Assembly (NCBI GenBank): GCA_902511005.1
Contig: CABXDN010000004.1
Coordinates: 28,404 to 92,403 of the forward strand
Source of the DNA: an uncultured Candidatus Poseidoniales archaeon
GTDB lineage: Archaea; Thermoplasmatota; Poseidoniia; Poseidoniales; Thalassarchaeaceae
Direction of reading: 5' to 3'
Length of the DNA stretch: 64,000 nt
The notes under the pieces are model-generated. The model had not been told where the DNA came from and made no database searches. It was given only the letters and a program-made list of their open reading frames with translations. Positions 1-9,304 of the stretch are shown here, piece after piece (position 1 is the stretch's first letter; each line of letters opens with the position of its first letter). The translations under genes and the position numbers were made by a program.

Positions 1-1034
1 TGATGGACTCCTTTTTCTTTAGATGGTGAATATCTTCCTCTTTCATAAGATTTTGAAGAAACTCCTCTTTGTGTAGCTTCTACAATCTCTTGGTCTTCTG
101 CTTCTACTTTATCTAAATCTCCTCCTGCACCTTTTCCAAGCATTGATTTTTCACCTACAAAGCCATGATAAACTATTCTTGTTCTATCGACTGAGATTGG
201 ATTTACAACATTTACAGATAGACCCCATGGATAAAAGTTCAACATCAAACCAGGATATATCCAATAATAGTAAGCGGCTATTTTTTGTCCAAAGTCAGGT
301 GACGATTCTGGTAAATCGAAACATGCCTCTCCTTCGTTAGCAATACCTATTTGCAAAACACCTCCTTCGAATAATTCTGTGCTATATGAGTCATAATCAA
401 GCACACTGTGTAAGTCTCCATGTACAAACGGAATATGAAAACCTTCGAGATAATTATCTACGTAGAGTGCCCAATTAGCATTAATATCATAAGACCTATG
501 CCTTGATTCATCATATTCAAAAGATTCAATATTCATCCACCCTATTCTATTTTGCATTTCATTTATCACAGTATCAAAAAATTGTTCTCCACCTAAGAAT
601 ATTATTCCATTCCATTTTTTAATATTGAACTCTCTTAGATTATCAGAGACGGCGGGGAAGTTTTCGACATCTGTAAATTCTGGCATATTCCTCATGCATC
701 CATCTAATCCAAATGTCCGACCATGATATCTACATTTGAGGGATTTCAGATCACAAGGCTTTGTAGCAATTAGCATACCTCTGTGTGTACATACATTTGA
801 TAGACATCTTATCTGTTCATCTTTAGTTAATATTAATGCTTCTCCAAGAATATTTTCTAATTGAGGTAAAGGTATGATATTATTCTCATTAAGTTGACTT
901 ACATGTGCTGCAAAGTGAAATGAATTAGAAAGTCTAGAGAGAATTTCTGAAAATAGGGATTCTTCTGTGTAGTATCTTGATGGTAAAGTATGTGCTTTAC
1001 AAATATCAGAATCTATGATAGGCGCAGCAACCAT
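1..1034 (-). CDS. Rieske [2Fe-2S] non-heme iron oxygenase, alpha-subunit-like. The N-terminus is at 1034 and the C-terminus runs off the left edge, so the gene is partial.
   Basis: The six-frame track misses this gene because it has no in-window stop. My reading of the minus strand from ATG 1034..1032 (an in-frame stop lies just upstream at 1046..1044) gives MVAAPIIDSDI... The Rieske motif CTH-x16-CRYH is present, followed by a mononuclear-iron-like E-x2-H-x4-H (EGFHIPFVH). The frame stays open for about 345 aa to position 1. Confidence 0.7.
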   Translation of the reverse strand, partial: MVAAPIIDSDICKAHTLPSRYYTEESLFSEILSRLSNSFHFAAHVSQLNENNIIPLPQLENILGEALILTKDEQIRCLSNVCTHRGMLIATKPCDLKSLKCRYHGRTFGLDGCMRNMPEFTDVENFPAVSDNLREFNIKKWNGIIFLGGEQFFDTVINEMQNRIGWMNIESFEYDESRHRSYDINANWALYVDNYLEGFHIPFVHGDLHSVLDYDSYSTELFEGGVLQIGIANEGEACFDLPESSPDFGQKIAAYYYWIYPGLMLNFYPWGLSVNVVNPISVDRTRIVYHGFVGEKSMLGKGAGGDLDKVEAEDQEIVEATQRGVSSKSYERGRYSPSKEKGVH

Positions 1035-1190
1035 TGTGTTGACTCAGATGAATCCATATTCAGTTATTTTCCTGTGGGGGTGTCGAATTTCTGAATCTTC
1101 GATCTCCAATTTACATAAGCAAATGAGGGAATAGACCATAGAATTATTGAACCTATCCAAGCTATTGCAGAACCGACTATCAAACCATAT

Positions 1191-1922
1191 TCAATCATTG
1201 ACCACATCGCTATAATTGAGTATGCTGCAACTGACCCCCCCCCCCATCATCATAGGGCCTGCTGCGCCTAGAGGAACCGACGGTCCTTGAGCAATCCATA
1301 ATGCTACCATGCTTGTAAGAAATATTGCAGGGAATACTGATGCTAGACCCGCAATTAGGGGCATTCCTAATCCTGAAATTATAACTGCAATACCTATAGC
1401 AGTGGCAGCCACAAAACCTCTGGAAACAAGGATTTTCTTACTGACTTGATTATTTCCCTTTGGTGCAGGTTTCAGATTCCAGCACATAATAGCTCCAAGT
1501 GTTCCAACTAATACAAATCCTGTAATTGCTATTTGATAGGAAGAGTAATTTTTATCGATAGCTAAATCTACAGTTTTAATTGCGAATATACCTGTACTCG
1601 TCCATACTAATAGTGAGCATATACTAGTTACAGCGAGCCTTTTATTTGAATTCCATGTTTTCGGTAGTTTACTAGGTAGAATCGCCCAAGTTGAAAGAAA
1701 TATTGCATTGATTAACATTCCTGCAGGTACTATCGCCAGACTAAGAATCAATGAATCATCTCCGCCTTCTGATCCCATCCCTATAGCAGCAGGAATAATT
1801 GTGGTTGGTATAGTTCCTAGGATTCCTCCCAAAACGCCTCCATATTTCTCAATAAGTACGGTCACAGTCGTCGCAACAACTCCCGCCATTACCGCAGCTA
1901 GCAAGGCGGTCTGTCCATCCAT
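1191..1922 (-). CDS. Polytopic membrane protein with an internal duplication of two roughly 110-aa hydrophobic halves.
   Basis: 243-aa ORF in the track. It is Gly/Ala/Ile-rich with at least six predicted TM helices, and the two halves (ALLAAVMAGVV... and ILVSRGFVAATAIGIAV...) resemble each other. No catalytic motif was recognised. It contains a C10 homopolymer at 1236-1245. Confidence 0.5.
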   Translation of the reverse strand: MDGQTALLAAVMAGVVATTVTVLIEKYGGVLGGILGTIPTTIIPAAIGMGSEGGDDSLILSLAIVPAGMLINAIFLSTWAILPSKLPKTWNSNKRLAVTSICSLLVWTSTGIFAIKTVDLAIDKNYSSYQIAITGFVLVGTLGAIMCWNLKPAPKGNNQVSKKILVSRGFVAATAIGIAVIISGLGMPLIAGLASVFPAIFLTSMVALWIAQGPSVPLGAAGPMMMGGGVSCSILNYSDVVND

Positions 1923-1983
1923 GATGGCTCGTACGGATAACTAACCAAGAAGTCTTCAGCGAGTCTTCCAGAGCGTGTGTTTG

Positions 1984-3357
1984 ATGTGGTGGCAGTATTC
2001 CACAGCCATCGTGGTAGATTGGCCTGAGGCGGGAACCGCTGTTCGTTTGGTAGTGAAGACTTGGGCTGGAGAGGCTTCACATGAAGGCCTTGCATTGCCT
2101 CCAGCAGGGCCTAAATTAGTAACTATGAAGTTAGTAAATGGTTACAATATTTCTTATCCTGAAATCGTGGTTCAAAGTGTTGAGATTCTTGATTCTGTAG
2201 AAATACATGAGGAAGAAAAAGCACCATTTATCCCCCAAGATGAATCTTTACCTCTTGTTCATTTAATCCATACTGGAGGTACGATTGCATCAAAAGTTGA
2301 TTACAAGACAGGTGCAGTATCTGCTCGTTTTGAACCAGATGAATTATTAGATGCAGTTCCTGAACTCCGTTCTATTGCCAGAATCCATGTTGTAAAATTA
2401 GGTAACATGTGGTCAGATGATATTCGCCCACGTCATTGGAATCGTATGTTGAAGGCTACTGAGGAAGCGTTCTCAGAAGATGCAGTGGGAGTTGTCATTA
2501 CTCATGGCACCGATACATTACATTACACTGCTGCAGCAATGTCTTACGGATGGTCGGGTCAAGGTGGTAGGCCTTCAGGAAGAATAGTTCTAACTGGTTC
2601 TCAACGTTCTCCCGATAGAGGTTCATCTGATGCTGCTGAGAATCTTATAGCAGCAGTTCATTGGGCTGCTAATGGGCCCAAACCTAGTGGTTATGGCGAC
2701 TCAGCAGTAGTTGTACTTCATGCAGATTCTTCCGATGGCCGTTGCGCAGTTCTTCCTGGCTGTGCGTCTCGTAAATATCATTCTTCAAGACGAGGTGCTT
2801 TCAAATCTATAAATCAAAATCCCCTTGCTCATGTTCTTGTGAATAAGGGTTCAGCGACAATAGAATTATTTGAACCAAGAGCTCATGATGCTAGAATTGA
2901 ATCAGAATCTCCGACTTATTTTGATGAGTCTATCCGTATTGCAGAATTTTCCGCAGGTCCTCACTTACATTCAGACTTAGTCCAGGCGGCAATTGATTCG
3001 GGTTACGATGCCCTGTATTTCCATGGTACAGGTCTCGGACATTTACCTATACAAGATCCTGAGGATGATAGTCCTGAAAATACCAAATTAAGATTTACAG
3101 TGGAAGATTACTGTAAATCTGGAGGGATAGTGGTGTTAACTACTCAAACGATTCATGGGCCAGTACATTTGGATGTTTATTCCAAAGGACGTATTCAACA
3201 AGAAATAGGTATGATAGGACACGGGTCACTTTGTCCTCCAAGTTCTGGTTTAGTTAAGTTACATCATCTTCTTTCAGTTAGTAATGTAAGAGATTATGTG
3301 GCCTTAGGATGGGAACAAGACCTGTGTGGTGAAAACCCATATGATTCCCAATCTTGA
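1984..3357 (+). CDS. gatD: Glutamyl-tRNA(Gln) amidotransferase subunit D (GatD), with an asparaginase-like domain.
   Basis: Asparaginase motifs HTGGTIAS and GVVITHGTDTL are present. The N-terminal roughly 95 aa align with archaeal GatD: EGLALPP and AGPKLVTMKLVNGYNI match GatD EGYIMPP and AGDTLVLKLENGYNI from memory. The start is therefore upstream of the internal Met at 2125, either ATG 1984 or GTG 1975. No glnS-like gene is evident, consistent with the GatDE route. Confidence 0.7.
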   Translation: MWWQYSTAIVVDWPEAGTAVRLVVKTWAGEASHEGLALPPAGPKLVTMKLVNGYNISYPEIVVQSVEILDSVEIHEEEKAPFIPQDESLPLVHLIHTGGTIASKVDYKTGAVSARFEPDELLDAVPELRSIARIHVVKLGNMWSDDIRPRHWNRMLKATEEAFSEDAVGVVITHGTDTLHYTAAAMSYGWSGQGGRPSGRIVLTGSQRSPDRGSSDAAENLIAAVHWAANGPKPSGYGDSAVVVLHADSSDGRCAVLPGCASRKYHSSRRGAFKSINQNPLAHVLVNKGSATIELFEPRAHDARIESESPTYFDESIRIAEFSAGPHLHSDLVQAAIDSGYDALYFHGTGLGHLPIQDPEDDSPENTKLRFTVEDYCKSGGIVVLTTQTIHGPVHLDVYSKGRIQQEIGMIGHGSLCPPSSGLVKLHHLLSVSNVRDYVALGWEQDLCGENPYDSQS

Positions 3358-3407
3358 TTAAAGTTCGAGCCGACTCTGTCAATAACCGTCTGTTAGTTCG
3401 AAACGTT

Positions 3408-4958
3408 ATGACGGGGGTGTCGCCGAGTGAAAATTTGGATAATTTCCGTCAACTTGCAAATAATCCCGGCGATAGGATATCGGTACAAAATCTAAGAAAA
3501 TCAGGTCGGATGACTGCTAGAGAAAGGATTTATGCTTTAATTGACTCCGACTCATTTGTTGAAATTGATGCTTTTGTTCAGCATCGTTCAGGTGATCACA
3601 ACTTACACCTTCATCGTCCTTTTGGAGATGGAGTCGTTGCTGGTCACGGCATGCTCGATGGACGAAGAATAGTATGTTTTGCCCAAGATTATTCAATATT
3701 CGAAGGAACAATGGGTGAGATGCATGCTAAAAAAATAGCAAAGATAGCGGAATTCGCAGAGAAATCTCAATTGCCTATTATAGGTATTTGGGATGGAGAT
3801 GGTCAACGTGCTTACGAAGGAGTTCCTGCTTTAGGTGCTACAGGGGAATTGCTTGATATTCTAGTAGCATGTTCTGGCCGTATACCGATAATCTCGTTAG
3901 TTCTCGGCACTGTTTCAGGCGTTAGTGCCTTAGCAGCTGGGTTATCTGATTTTGTGATACTTGGTTCTGAGCACGGGCAGATGTTTATGCGTAGCCCGTA
4001 TTTCATTCCAGAGGTTATTAGTGGGGAAATCAATGAACAAACACTCGGTGGTGCTGAGTCTCATGCAAGTCGTAGTGGAGTTGCATGCTTAGTTGCTAAT
4101 GATGAACACGATGCAATAAATATTGCAGCAGAAATACTAGGTTACTTGCCAGATCACACTCTTGCCGAACCATTTAACGTTAATTCAGGAGATCCATGGG
4201 ACCGTAAATGTAAGAAATTAGAGAAGATAGTTCCATCTGACTCCAACAAACCCTATGATATGTTGGAAGTAATAAGAGAAGTCGTCGATGAACAACGATT
4301 TTTAGAACTCTTTCCATCCTATGCTGATAATATTTTAGTTGGTTTTGCCCGCCTTGATGGCCAGTCGGTTGGTATTGTTGCTAATCAGCCAAAAGTATTA
4401 GCGGGTTGTTTAGATATTGATGCTTCAGTTAAATCTGCCAGATTCATTAGAACTTGTGATGCATTCAATATACCTGTAATTACATTTGTTGATGTCCCCG
4501 GATTTCTCCCAGGAACGGTTCAAGAATGGGGAGGAATTATTCGTCATGGTGCGAAGATGCTCTATGCTTATGCCGAAGCAACAATTCCTAAACTTACAGT
4601 GGTGACTAGGAAAGCGTACGGCGGTGCTTACTTAGCTATGTCATGCAAACACCTTGGTTCTGACTACAATATATCTTGGCCCACTGGTGAATTAGCAGTA
4701 ATGGGCGCAGATGGTGCCGTGAATATCATTCATCGCCGTGAACTGGAGCAATCAGATAATAGATTAGAAACTCATTCTGAACTTGTAGACGAGTATAGGA
4801 ATAAATTCGGAGACCCATATGTCGCAGCAAAAAACGGCTGGTTAGATGACGTAATTGAACCTGCAGATACTAGAAAAATGTTGATTCAGGCATTGAGGCC
4901 TCTTAAAACAAAGAGAGAATGGATTCCGCCTAAGAAACATGGTAATATCCCTCTCTAA
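3408..4958 (+). CDS. Acyl-CoA carboxylase carboxyltransferase beta subunit / methylmalonyl-CoA carboxyltransferase (PccB family).
   Basis: 534-aa ORF of the carboxyltransferase family with two crotonase-like halves. Motifs include GGAESHASRSGVA and a C-terminal YVAAKNGWLDDVIEPADTR. Start is the ATG at 3408, or the TTG at 3354 that overlaps the gatD stop. Confidence 0.8.
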   Translation: MTGVSPSENLDNFRQLANNPGDRISVQNLRKSGRMTARERIYALIDSDSFVEIDAFVQHRSGDHNLHLHRPFGDGVVAGHGMLDGRRIVCFAQDYSIFEGTMGEMHAKKIAKIAEFAEKSQLPIIGIWDGDGQRAYEGVPALGATGELLDILVACSGRIPIISLVLGTVSGVSALAAGLSDFVILGSEHGQMFMRSPYFIPEVISGEINEQTLGGAESHASRSGVACLVANDEHDAINIAAEILGYLPDHTLAEPFNVNSGDPWDRKCKKLEKIVPSDSNKPYDMLEVIREVVDEQRFLELFPSYADNILVGFARLDGQSVGIVANQPKVLAGCLDIDASVKSARFIRTCDAFNIPVITFVDVPGFLPGTVQEWGGIIRHGAKMLYAYAEATIPKLTVVTRKAYGGAYLAMSCKHLGSDYNISWPTGELAVMGADGAVNIIHRRELEQSDNRLETHSELVDEYRNKFGDPYVAAKNGWLDDVIEPADTRKMLIQALRPLKTKREWIPPKKHGNIPL

Positions 4959-5686
4959 TCGAATAGCCTTTCTAAAATGTAACTCAATGGAGGTAATTTT
5001 TCTACATTCTCATGGAGGAAAAATCGTTTCCATGCCTCCAAATGCTGAGCAGCGAGCATTATTACTGCAAAATCATCTATTTTAGAATATTCATTATATG
5101 ATATTGAAACATTTTTCCTTTCTTTAATCATACAACTATCTTCTCCACCCGGATTGGCATCTAAATCGACTGAAATATCTGCTTCTCCACTTTCAATTAT
5201 TGATATATCCCATGGTCCTGAGACTAATTTTCTCCGCCCATTAACTGGAATAATCTCTCCTCCAGACTCAGACCATGCTGCTGCAATTGATCGAGCAGTA
5301 GACCCCCCTCCCCTGATTTTTAAAATAGATTTACTTGGATTTATACCTATATATTTCGCTGCTTCTATGAAACCATAACCGTCAGTATTGATTCCATACC
5401 ATATTCCATTAGTTCTCATTAATTGATTGATAGAATTAATTTCTTCTTGATTGGATATACCCAATAGTTCTCCAACAATATGTTTCAGTGGTGAGGTGAT
5501 AGATATCCATAAGTCGCCATCTAATTGTTCAATATTTCTCTTGAATTCTTTTGAGTTATTTGCTTCTAAAAATACATCTTTAACTTCTTCTATCTCGAGC
5601 GCATTTCCTACTATGTTGAATAGTCTTGGTGTCAAAGAATGAGAGATAGGGAAACCTGAGATGCCCCAATAGGCGGGTGTCTTCAC
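4955..5686 (-). CDS. aroE: Shikimate 5-dehydrogenase.
   Basis: The N-terminus AYWGISGFPISHSLTPRLFN matches the AroE substrate-binding motif (GVIGNPIxHSxSP). A central NTDGYGF and a Rossmann segment GGGSTARSIA are also present. Confidence 0.75.
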   Translation of the reverse strand: MKTPAYWGISGFPISHSLTPRLFNIVGNALEIEEVKDVFLEANNSKEFKRNIEQLDGDLWISITSPLKHIVGELLGISNQEEINSINQLMRTNGIWYGINTDGYGFIEAAKYIGINPSKSILKIRGGGSTARSIAAAWSESGGEIIPVNGRRKLVSGPWDISIIESGEADISVDLDANPGGEDSCMIKERKNVSISYNEYSKIDDFAVIMLAAQHLEAWKRFFLHENVEKLPPLSYILERLFD

Positions 5687-5748
5687 ATGACCTCCTACGA
5701 ATTGTTAGCAATGAAGGTTTCAAGTGAGTAGTTCGACCGGAAAGCCTG

Positions 5749-7464
5749 ATGGACAGTGATTTGGATATCGCCCGCAGGGCAGAAGCTAGGCCTATAGAAG
5801 AGATTGCCGCGAAGCTCGGACTTTCTACTAACGACTTGATTATGCAGGGTCCAACCATTGCTAAAATTAAGTGGGATACTATGAAATCTAAGTCTTCAGA
5901 TAAGCAAGGTTTCTTGATTCTTGTCACTTCTGTTAACCCAACCCCGTTCGGTGAAGGAAAAACAGTTACTACAATAGGTCTGAATCAGGGTTTAAATCGT
6001 CGAGGGCACAACGCTTCTTGTGTAATTAGAGAGCCATCCATGGGGCCTGTTTTTGGAATTAAGGGAGGGGCTGCGGGTGGTGGTTTTTCCCAAGTAATTC
6101 CTATGGAACAAATCAACCTACACTTCACTGGGGATTTACATGCTGTAACATCCGCACACAATCTTTGTTCTGCCATTCTCGATAATTATTTGCATAGGGA
6201 CAACGAACTAGATATTGATACAAACCGTATCTTCTGGCCACGAGTTATTGATATGAATGATCGTTCATTAAGAGAAGTGACAATTGGTTTAGGGGGTAAA
6301 ATGAATGGCCTTGTTAGAAGCGATAGATTTGATATTACAGCTGCGAGCGAAGTCATGGCTATCCTTTCTTTATCTAGAGATTATTCAGATTTACGTGCTC
6401 GTTTAGGTCGAATTATTATCGCAGAATCGAAGTCAGGGAAACCTGTAACTGCAGATGACATTGGTGCGGCTGGATCTATGGCATTACTACTAAGAGACGC
6501 TCTTTTACCAAATTTAGTCCAAACTTTAGAAGGTGACCCCGCCTTTGTTCATTGCGGGCCATTCGCAAACATAGCTCATGGTAATTCTTCGATTATTGCA
6601 GACTCTCTCGCTTTATCCTGTTCTGATTATGTGGTCACCGAAGCAGGATTTGGAGCAGATATGGGTGCAGAGAAAGCTCTTCATATCAAAGCTCTAGCAT
6701 CTGGAAAAACTCCTGATTGTGTCGTAATAAATGTCACAGTTAGGAGTATGAAACTCCATGGAGGGGGTTTTTCAACTGGCGGCGGAAAAAGGCCCCCTAA
6801 AGAAGAATTAGAGTCGGAAAATGTAGAAGCCACGCGCAAGGGTTCCAGCAGTAATCTTCGTCGGCATGTTCGAAATATTTCTATGACAGGCCTCCCAGTA
6901 GTGGTGTCAATTAACAAATTCTCTACAGATACTGATGATGAAATTAATGCAATTAGCGAAGAGGCCAAACTAGCAGGGGCAAGAGAAGTTGTAATTTTCG
7001 AAGGCCATGCTAATGGAGGAGAAGGTGCAGGTAATCTTGCAGATGCAGTTGTAAAGGCGTGTTCAGAACATGAAAGTGCAGGTCGACCTTACAAACCGAT
7101 AGTCGAATCAGGTATGTCAGTTAGTGAAACTATTCTGAAGATTGCCACAAATGTATACGGCGCTCATACAGTCGATTTCAGTTCACAAGCCCACCATGCT
7201 TTTGAGGTTCTTAAAAAATGGGATATGGATAAGCTTCCAGTATGTATGGCTAAGACTCAGTATTCATTTAGTCACGAAGCATCTGAACTCGGAGCACCAA
7301 CTGGCTTTACTTTACCAATAAGAGAAATTAGAATAAACGCAGGTGCCGGATTTTTAGTGGCAATTTGTGGTTCAATGATGACCATGCCTGGGCTCCCAAG
7401 AAGGCCTGCTGCTATGGATATGGATATGGATGAAGATGGCAACCTACTCGGAGTATTTGGTTGA
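5749..7464 (+). CDS. fhs: Formate--tetrahydrofolate ligase.
   Basis: 571 aa. N-terminus SDLDIARRAEARPIEEIAAKLGL and P-loop-like TPFGEGKTVTTIGL are typical of Fhs. Confidence 0.9.
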   Translation: MDSDLDIARRAEARPIEEIAAKLGLSTNDLIMQGPTIAKIKWDTMKSKSSDKQGFLILVTSVNPTPFGEGKTVTTIGLNQGLNRRGHNASCVIREPSMGPVFGIKGGAAGGGFSQVIPMEQINLHFTGDLHAVTSAHNLCSAILDNYLHRDNELDIDTNRIFWPRVIDMNDRSLREVTIGLGGKMNGLVRSDRFDITAASEVMAILSLSRDYSDLRARLGRIIIAESKSGKPVTADDIGAAGSMALLLRDALLPNLVQTLEGDPAFVHCGPFANIAHGNSSIIADSLALSCSDYVVTEAGFGADMGAEKALHIKALASGKTPDCVVINVTVRSMKLHGGGFSTGGGKRPPKEELESENVEATRKGSSSNLRRHVRNISMTGLPVVVSINKFSTDTDDEINAISEEAKLAGAREVVIFEGHANGGEGAGNLADAVVKACSEHESAGRPYKPIVESGMSVSETILKIATNVYGAHTVDFSSQAHHAFEVLKKWDMDKLPVCMAKTQYSFSHEASELGAPTGFTLPIREIRINAGAGFLVAICGSMMTMPGLPRRPAAMDMDMDEDGNLLGVFG

Positions 7465-7476
7465 GGCTGTGATTGT

Positions 7477-8535
7477 GTGCGACAAATTAAGAAGCTCGAT
7501 GAAGGAGTTCGTCTAAGGATTGAATCCGAAGACGATCTATGGGTTCTGGCTCAATTATGCCGCCCACAATCTACTTTGGGTATGCTTTCTCATCGAAGAG
7601 ATTCAACAACCGGGACGAAAGAAGATGGTCGCGCTAAAAATGCTGAAAGAAAGCCTATGTGGATAGTTCTTGAAGTAGAGAAAACAGAGTTCCAGGCATT
7701 TACTGATAATCTCCGAGCACATGGTATAATCAAAGATGCTAATTTCGACATAGGCTTACATCATACACATATTATTTCTCCAGGTGATGAAATAGAATTA
7801 TCATTCCCTGGTGGCCTTGTTAAATCTGACTTGATACTTCTCAAAGAAACAATCAAATCAGGTTCAAAGGCAAAATCTGGCCTGATTGTTGTTGAAAATG
7901 ATGAGATAATTCTCTTTGAAGTCACTTCTCATGGCATTCGTGATGTGTCACAATTTAGTATGCGTGGAGGCGGTAAAAGAATCTCCGACTCAACCAGTGT
8001 ACGCAAAAGTTTTTTCGAGAGAGTTGCGAAAGAAACTGCATTAGTATTTACTGAAAAAATACCTTTAATTATATGCGGCCCCGGTCTTGCAAGAGAGCAA
8101 TTTGAATCTATTTTACGATTAATCGGCGCTAAAAATCAGATTCTGAACATTGCTGCATCAATAGGTGGTCGTCCTGCTGCCAATGAAGTACTTGCTGAAG
8201 GATTAGCGGACTCATTTTTGGGCGAACATGCTCTCGTATCCCAGATTAAAACAATAGAAGAAGGGTTGAAGAGGATTTCAACAAACGGAGCGGTTTCTTA
8301 TGGCTCGAGATTTATTTCTGAGGCCGCGGATGCAGGGGCAATCGAAGTTCTCGCTATTGACGCTCAATTACTTCGGAGTCTAGATTCAGGAATTCGGGAG
8401 TCATGGGAATCAATTTCAGAAACGATTATTTCATCTAAGGGCCGTGTGATTCAAGTATCTCAAGATCATGATTCTGCTCAGCAACTGATGGGGTTAGGTG
8501 GAGCGTTGGCTCTACTTAGATGGAAAATGGATTGA
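7477..8535 (+). CDS. Pelota / Dom34 mRNA surveillance protein.
   Basis: 352 aa with a GTG start. The N-terminal DDLWVLAQLCRPQSTLGMLSHRR resembles the Pelota DDLWHLYNLI...RR segment. No GGQ motif is present, which argues against aRF1. The C-terminal eRF1-like domain 3 is AVSYGSRFISEAADAGAIEVLAIDAQLL. Confidence 0.65.
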   Translation: MRQIKKLDEGVRLRIESEDDLWVLAQLCRPQSTLGMLSHRRDSTTGTKEDGRAKNAERKPMWIVLEVEKTEFQAFTDNLRAHGIIKDANFDIGLHHTHIISPGDEIELSFPGGLVKSDLILLKETIKSGSKAKSGLIVVENDEIILFEVTSHGIRDVSQFSMRGGGKRISDSTSVRKSFFERVAKETALVFTEKIPLIICGPGLAREQFESILRLIGAKNQILNIAASIGGRPAANEVLAEGLADSFLGEHALVSQIKTIEEGLKRISTNGAVSYGSRFISEAADAGAIEVLAIDAQLLRSLDSGIRESWESISETIISSKGRVIQVSQDHDSAQQLMGLGGALALLRWKMD

Positions 8536-9191
8536 TTACAGTGTCTATATCTGATATTCAAATAGTTGCTTTCGGTAATCCCTCAAAAAACGATAATTCA
8601 TTTAATTTATTATCAAAATCTAAATTATTAGGCGCTAAAACAAATTTCTTAACTTGTAAAGATAATGAATCTTTTTCGAATTTTAATCACGGGACTATAG
8701 ATTGGAGAAAGATGACAAATGGTATTCACTGGCTTGTAAATTCTACTGAAACTATACTTTCTGGTATATCTCCTAGATCAGCCTTAGGTGCTGGAATGAC
8801 CTTTGGGGAACTAGAAGGTGCCCGAATGGTCATGGTGGTTGACGTACCAGATAATTCAGAGGATTTGAGTAAAGCTTGGGGGTTTGTGATTAATAGGATA
8901 CGTCAAATACATGTACTTTTTCTAACCTCAGAAGCGTTATTTGCCATCTCAAAATTAGAAGGAGTCGGAGTTGAAGATTTACTTAAAGAAATACGGAATA
9001 GAGGATTAGTGCCTCACGTGTGTAGTTATATTGCTGATGAACGAAGGGCTCTTGTTGAACATTCACTAGGTTCAATTGATGTGGTGACTAATGATACTCT
9101 TGAACCATTAGAATGGCTTGCAAGATTCATTTGTAATCTTCCGCTCTCTGAATCAGGTAATTCGGGTGTGAAAAGCGCTTGTTTGAGTTAA
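8520..9191 (+). CDS. Hypothetical protein.
   Basis: 223-aa ORF overlapping the pelota 3' end by 16 nt. It is AT-rich and no family was recognised by eye. Confidence 0.4.
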   Translation: MENGLITVSISDIQIVAFGNPSKNDNSFNLLSKSKLLGAKTNFLTCKDNESFSNFNHGTIDWRKMTNGIHWLVNSTETILSGISPRSALGAGMTFGELEGARMVMVVDVPDNSEDLSKAWGFVINRIRQIHVLFLTSEALFAISKLEGVGVEDLLKEIRNRGLVPHVCSYIADERRALVEHSLGSIDVVTNDTLEPLEWLARFICNLPLSESGNSGVKSACLS

Positions 9192-9235
9192 TATTAGGGT
9201 TTAATAATTAAATCTCTGTAATCTTTCTTAAGTTT

Positions 9236-9280
9236 AAAAGGGACTATTAGCAACAATCCCTTTTGAAGGGTCACCCTTTC
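9236..9280 (+). terminator. Hairpin AAAAGGGA-13 nt-TCCCTTTT followed by the near-palindrome AAGGGT-C-ACCCTT. It is a candidate intrinsic terminator or protein-binding site.
   Basis: An 8-bp stem (9236-9243 / 9257-9264) with a T4 tail lies 45 nt downstream of the 8520..9191 stop. An adjacent 6+1+6 palindrome sits at 9266-9278. There are four alternating copies of AAAGGG. Confidence 0.4.
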
Positions 9281-9304
9281 GGCCAACCCTCGGGGGATGT
9301 AAGT

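Noticed and set aside
143-340. 65-aa plus-strand ORF near the left edge.
   Set aside because: It lies antisense inside the much longer minus-strand Rieske oxygenase reading frame (1..1034), which has clear motifs. The short ORF is a shadow frame.
1708-1944. 78-aa plus-strand ORF.
   Set aside because: It is antisense to the 243-aa membrane-protein gene. Its Pro/Ile-rich translation is typical of the reverse frame of a Gly/Ala-rich gene.
1975-2060. Possible C/D-box sRNA (TGATGT...CTGA) or structured ncRNA in the GC-rich stretch upstream of gatD.
   Set aside because: The stretch translates in-frame into a conserved GatD N-terminal domain. There are no convincing C' and D' boxes, so it is better explained as coding.
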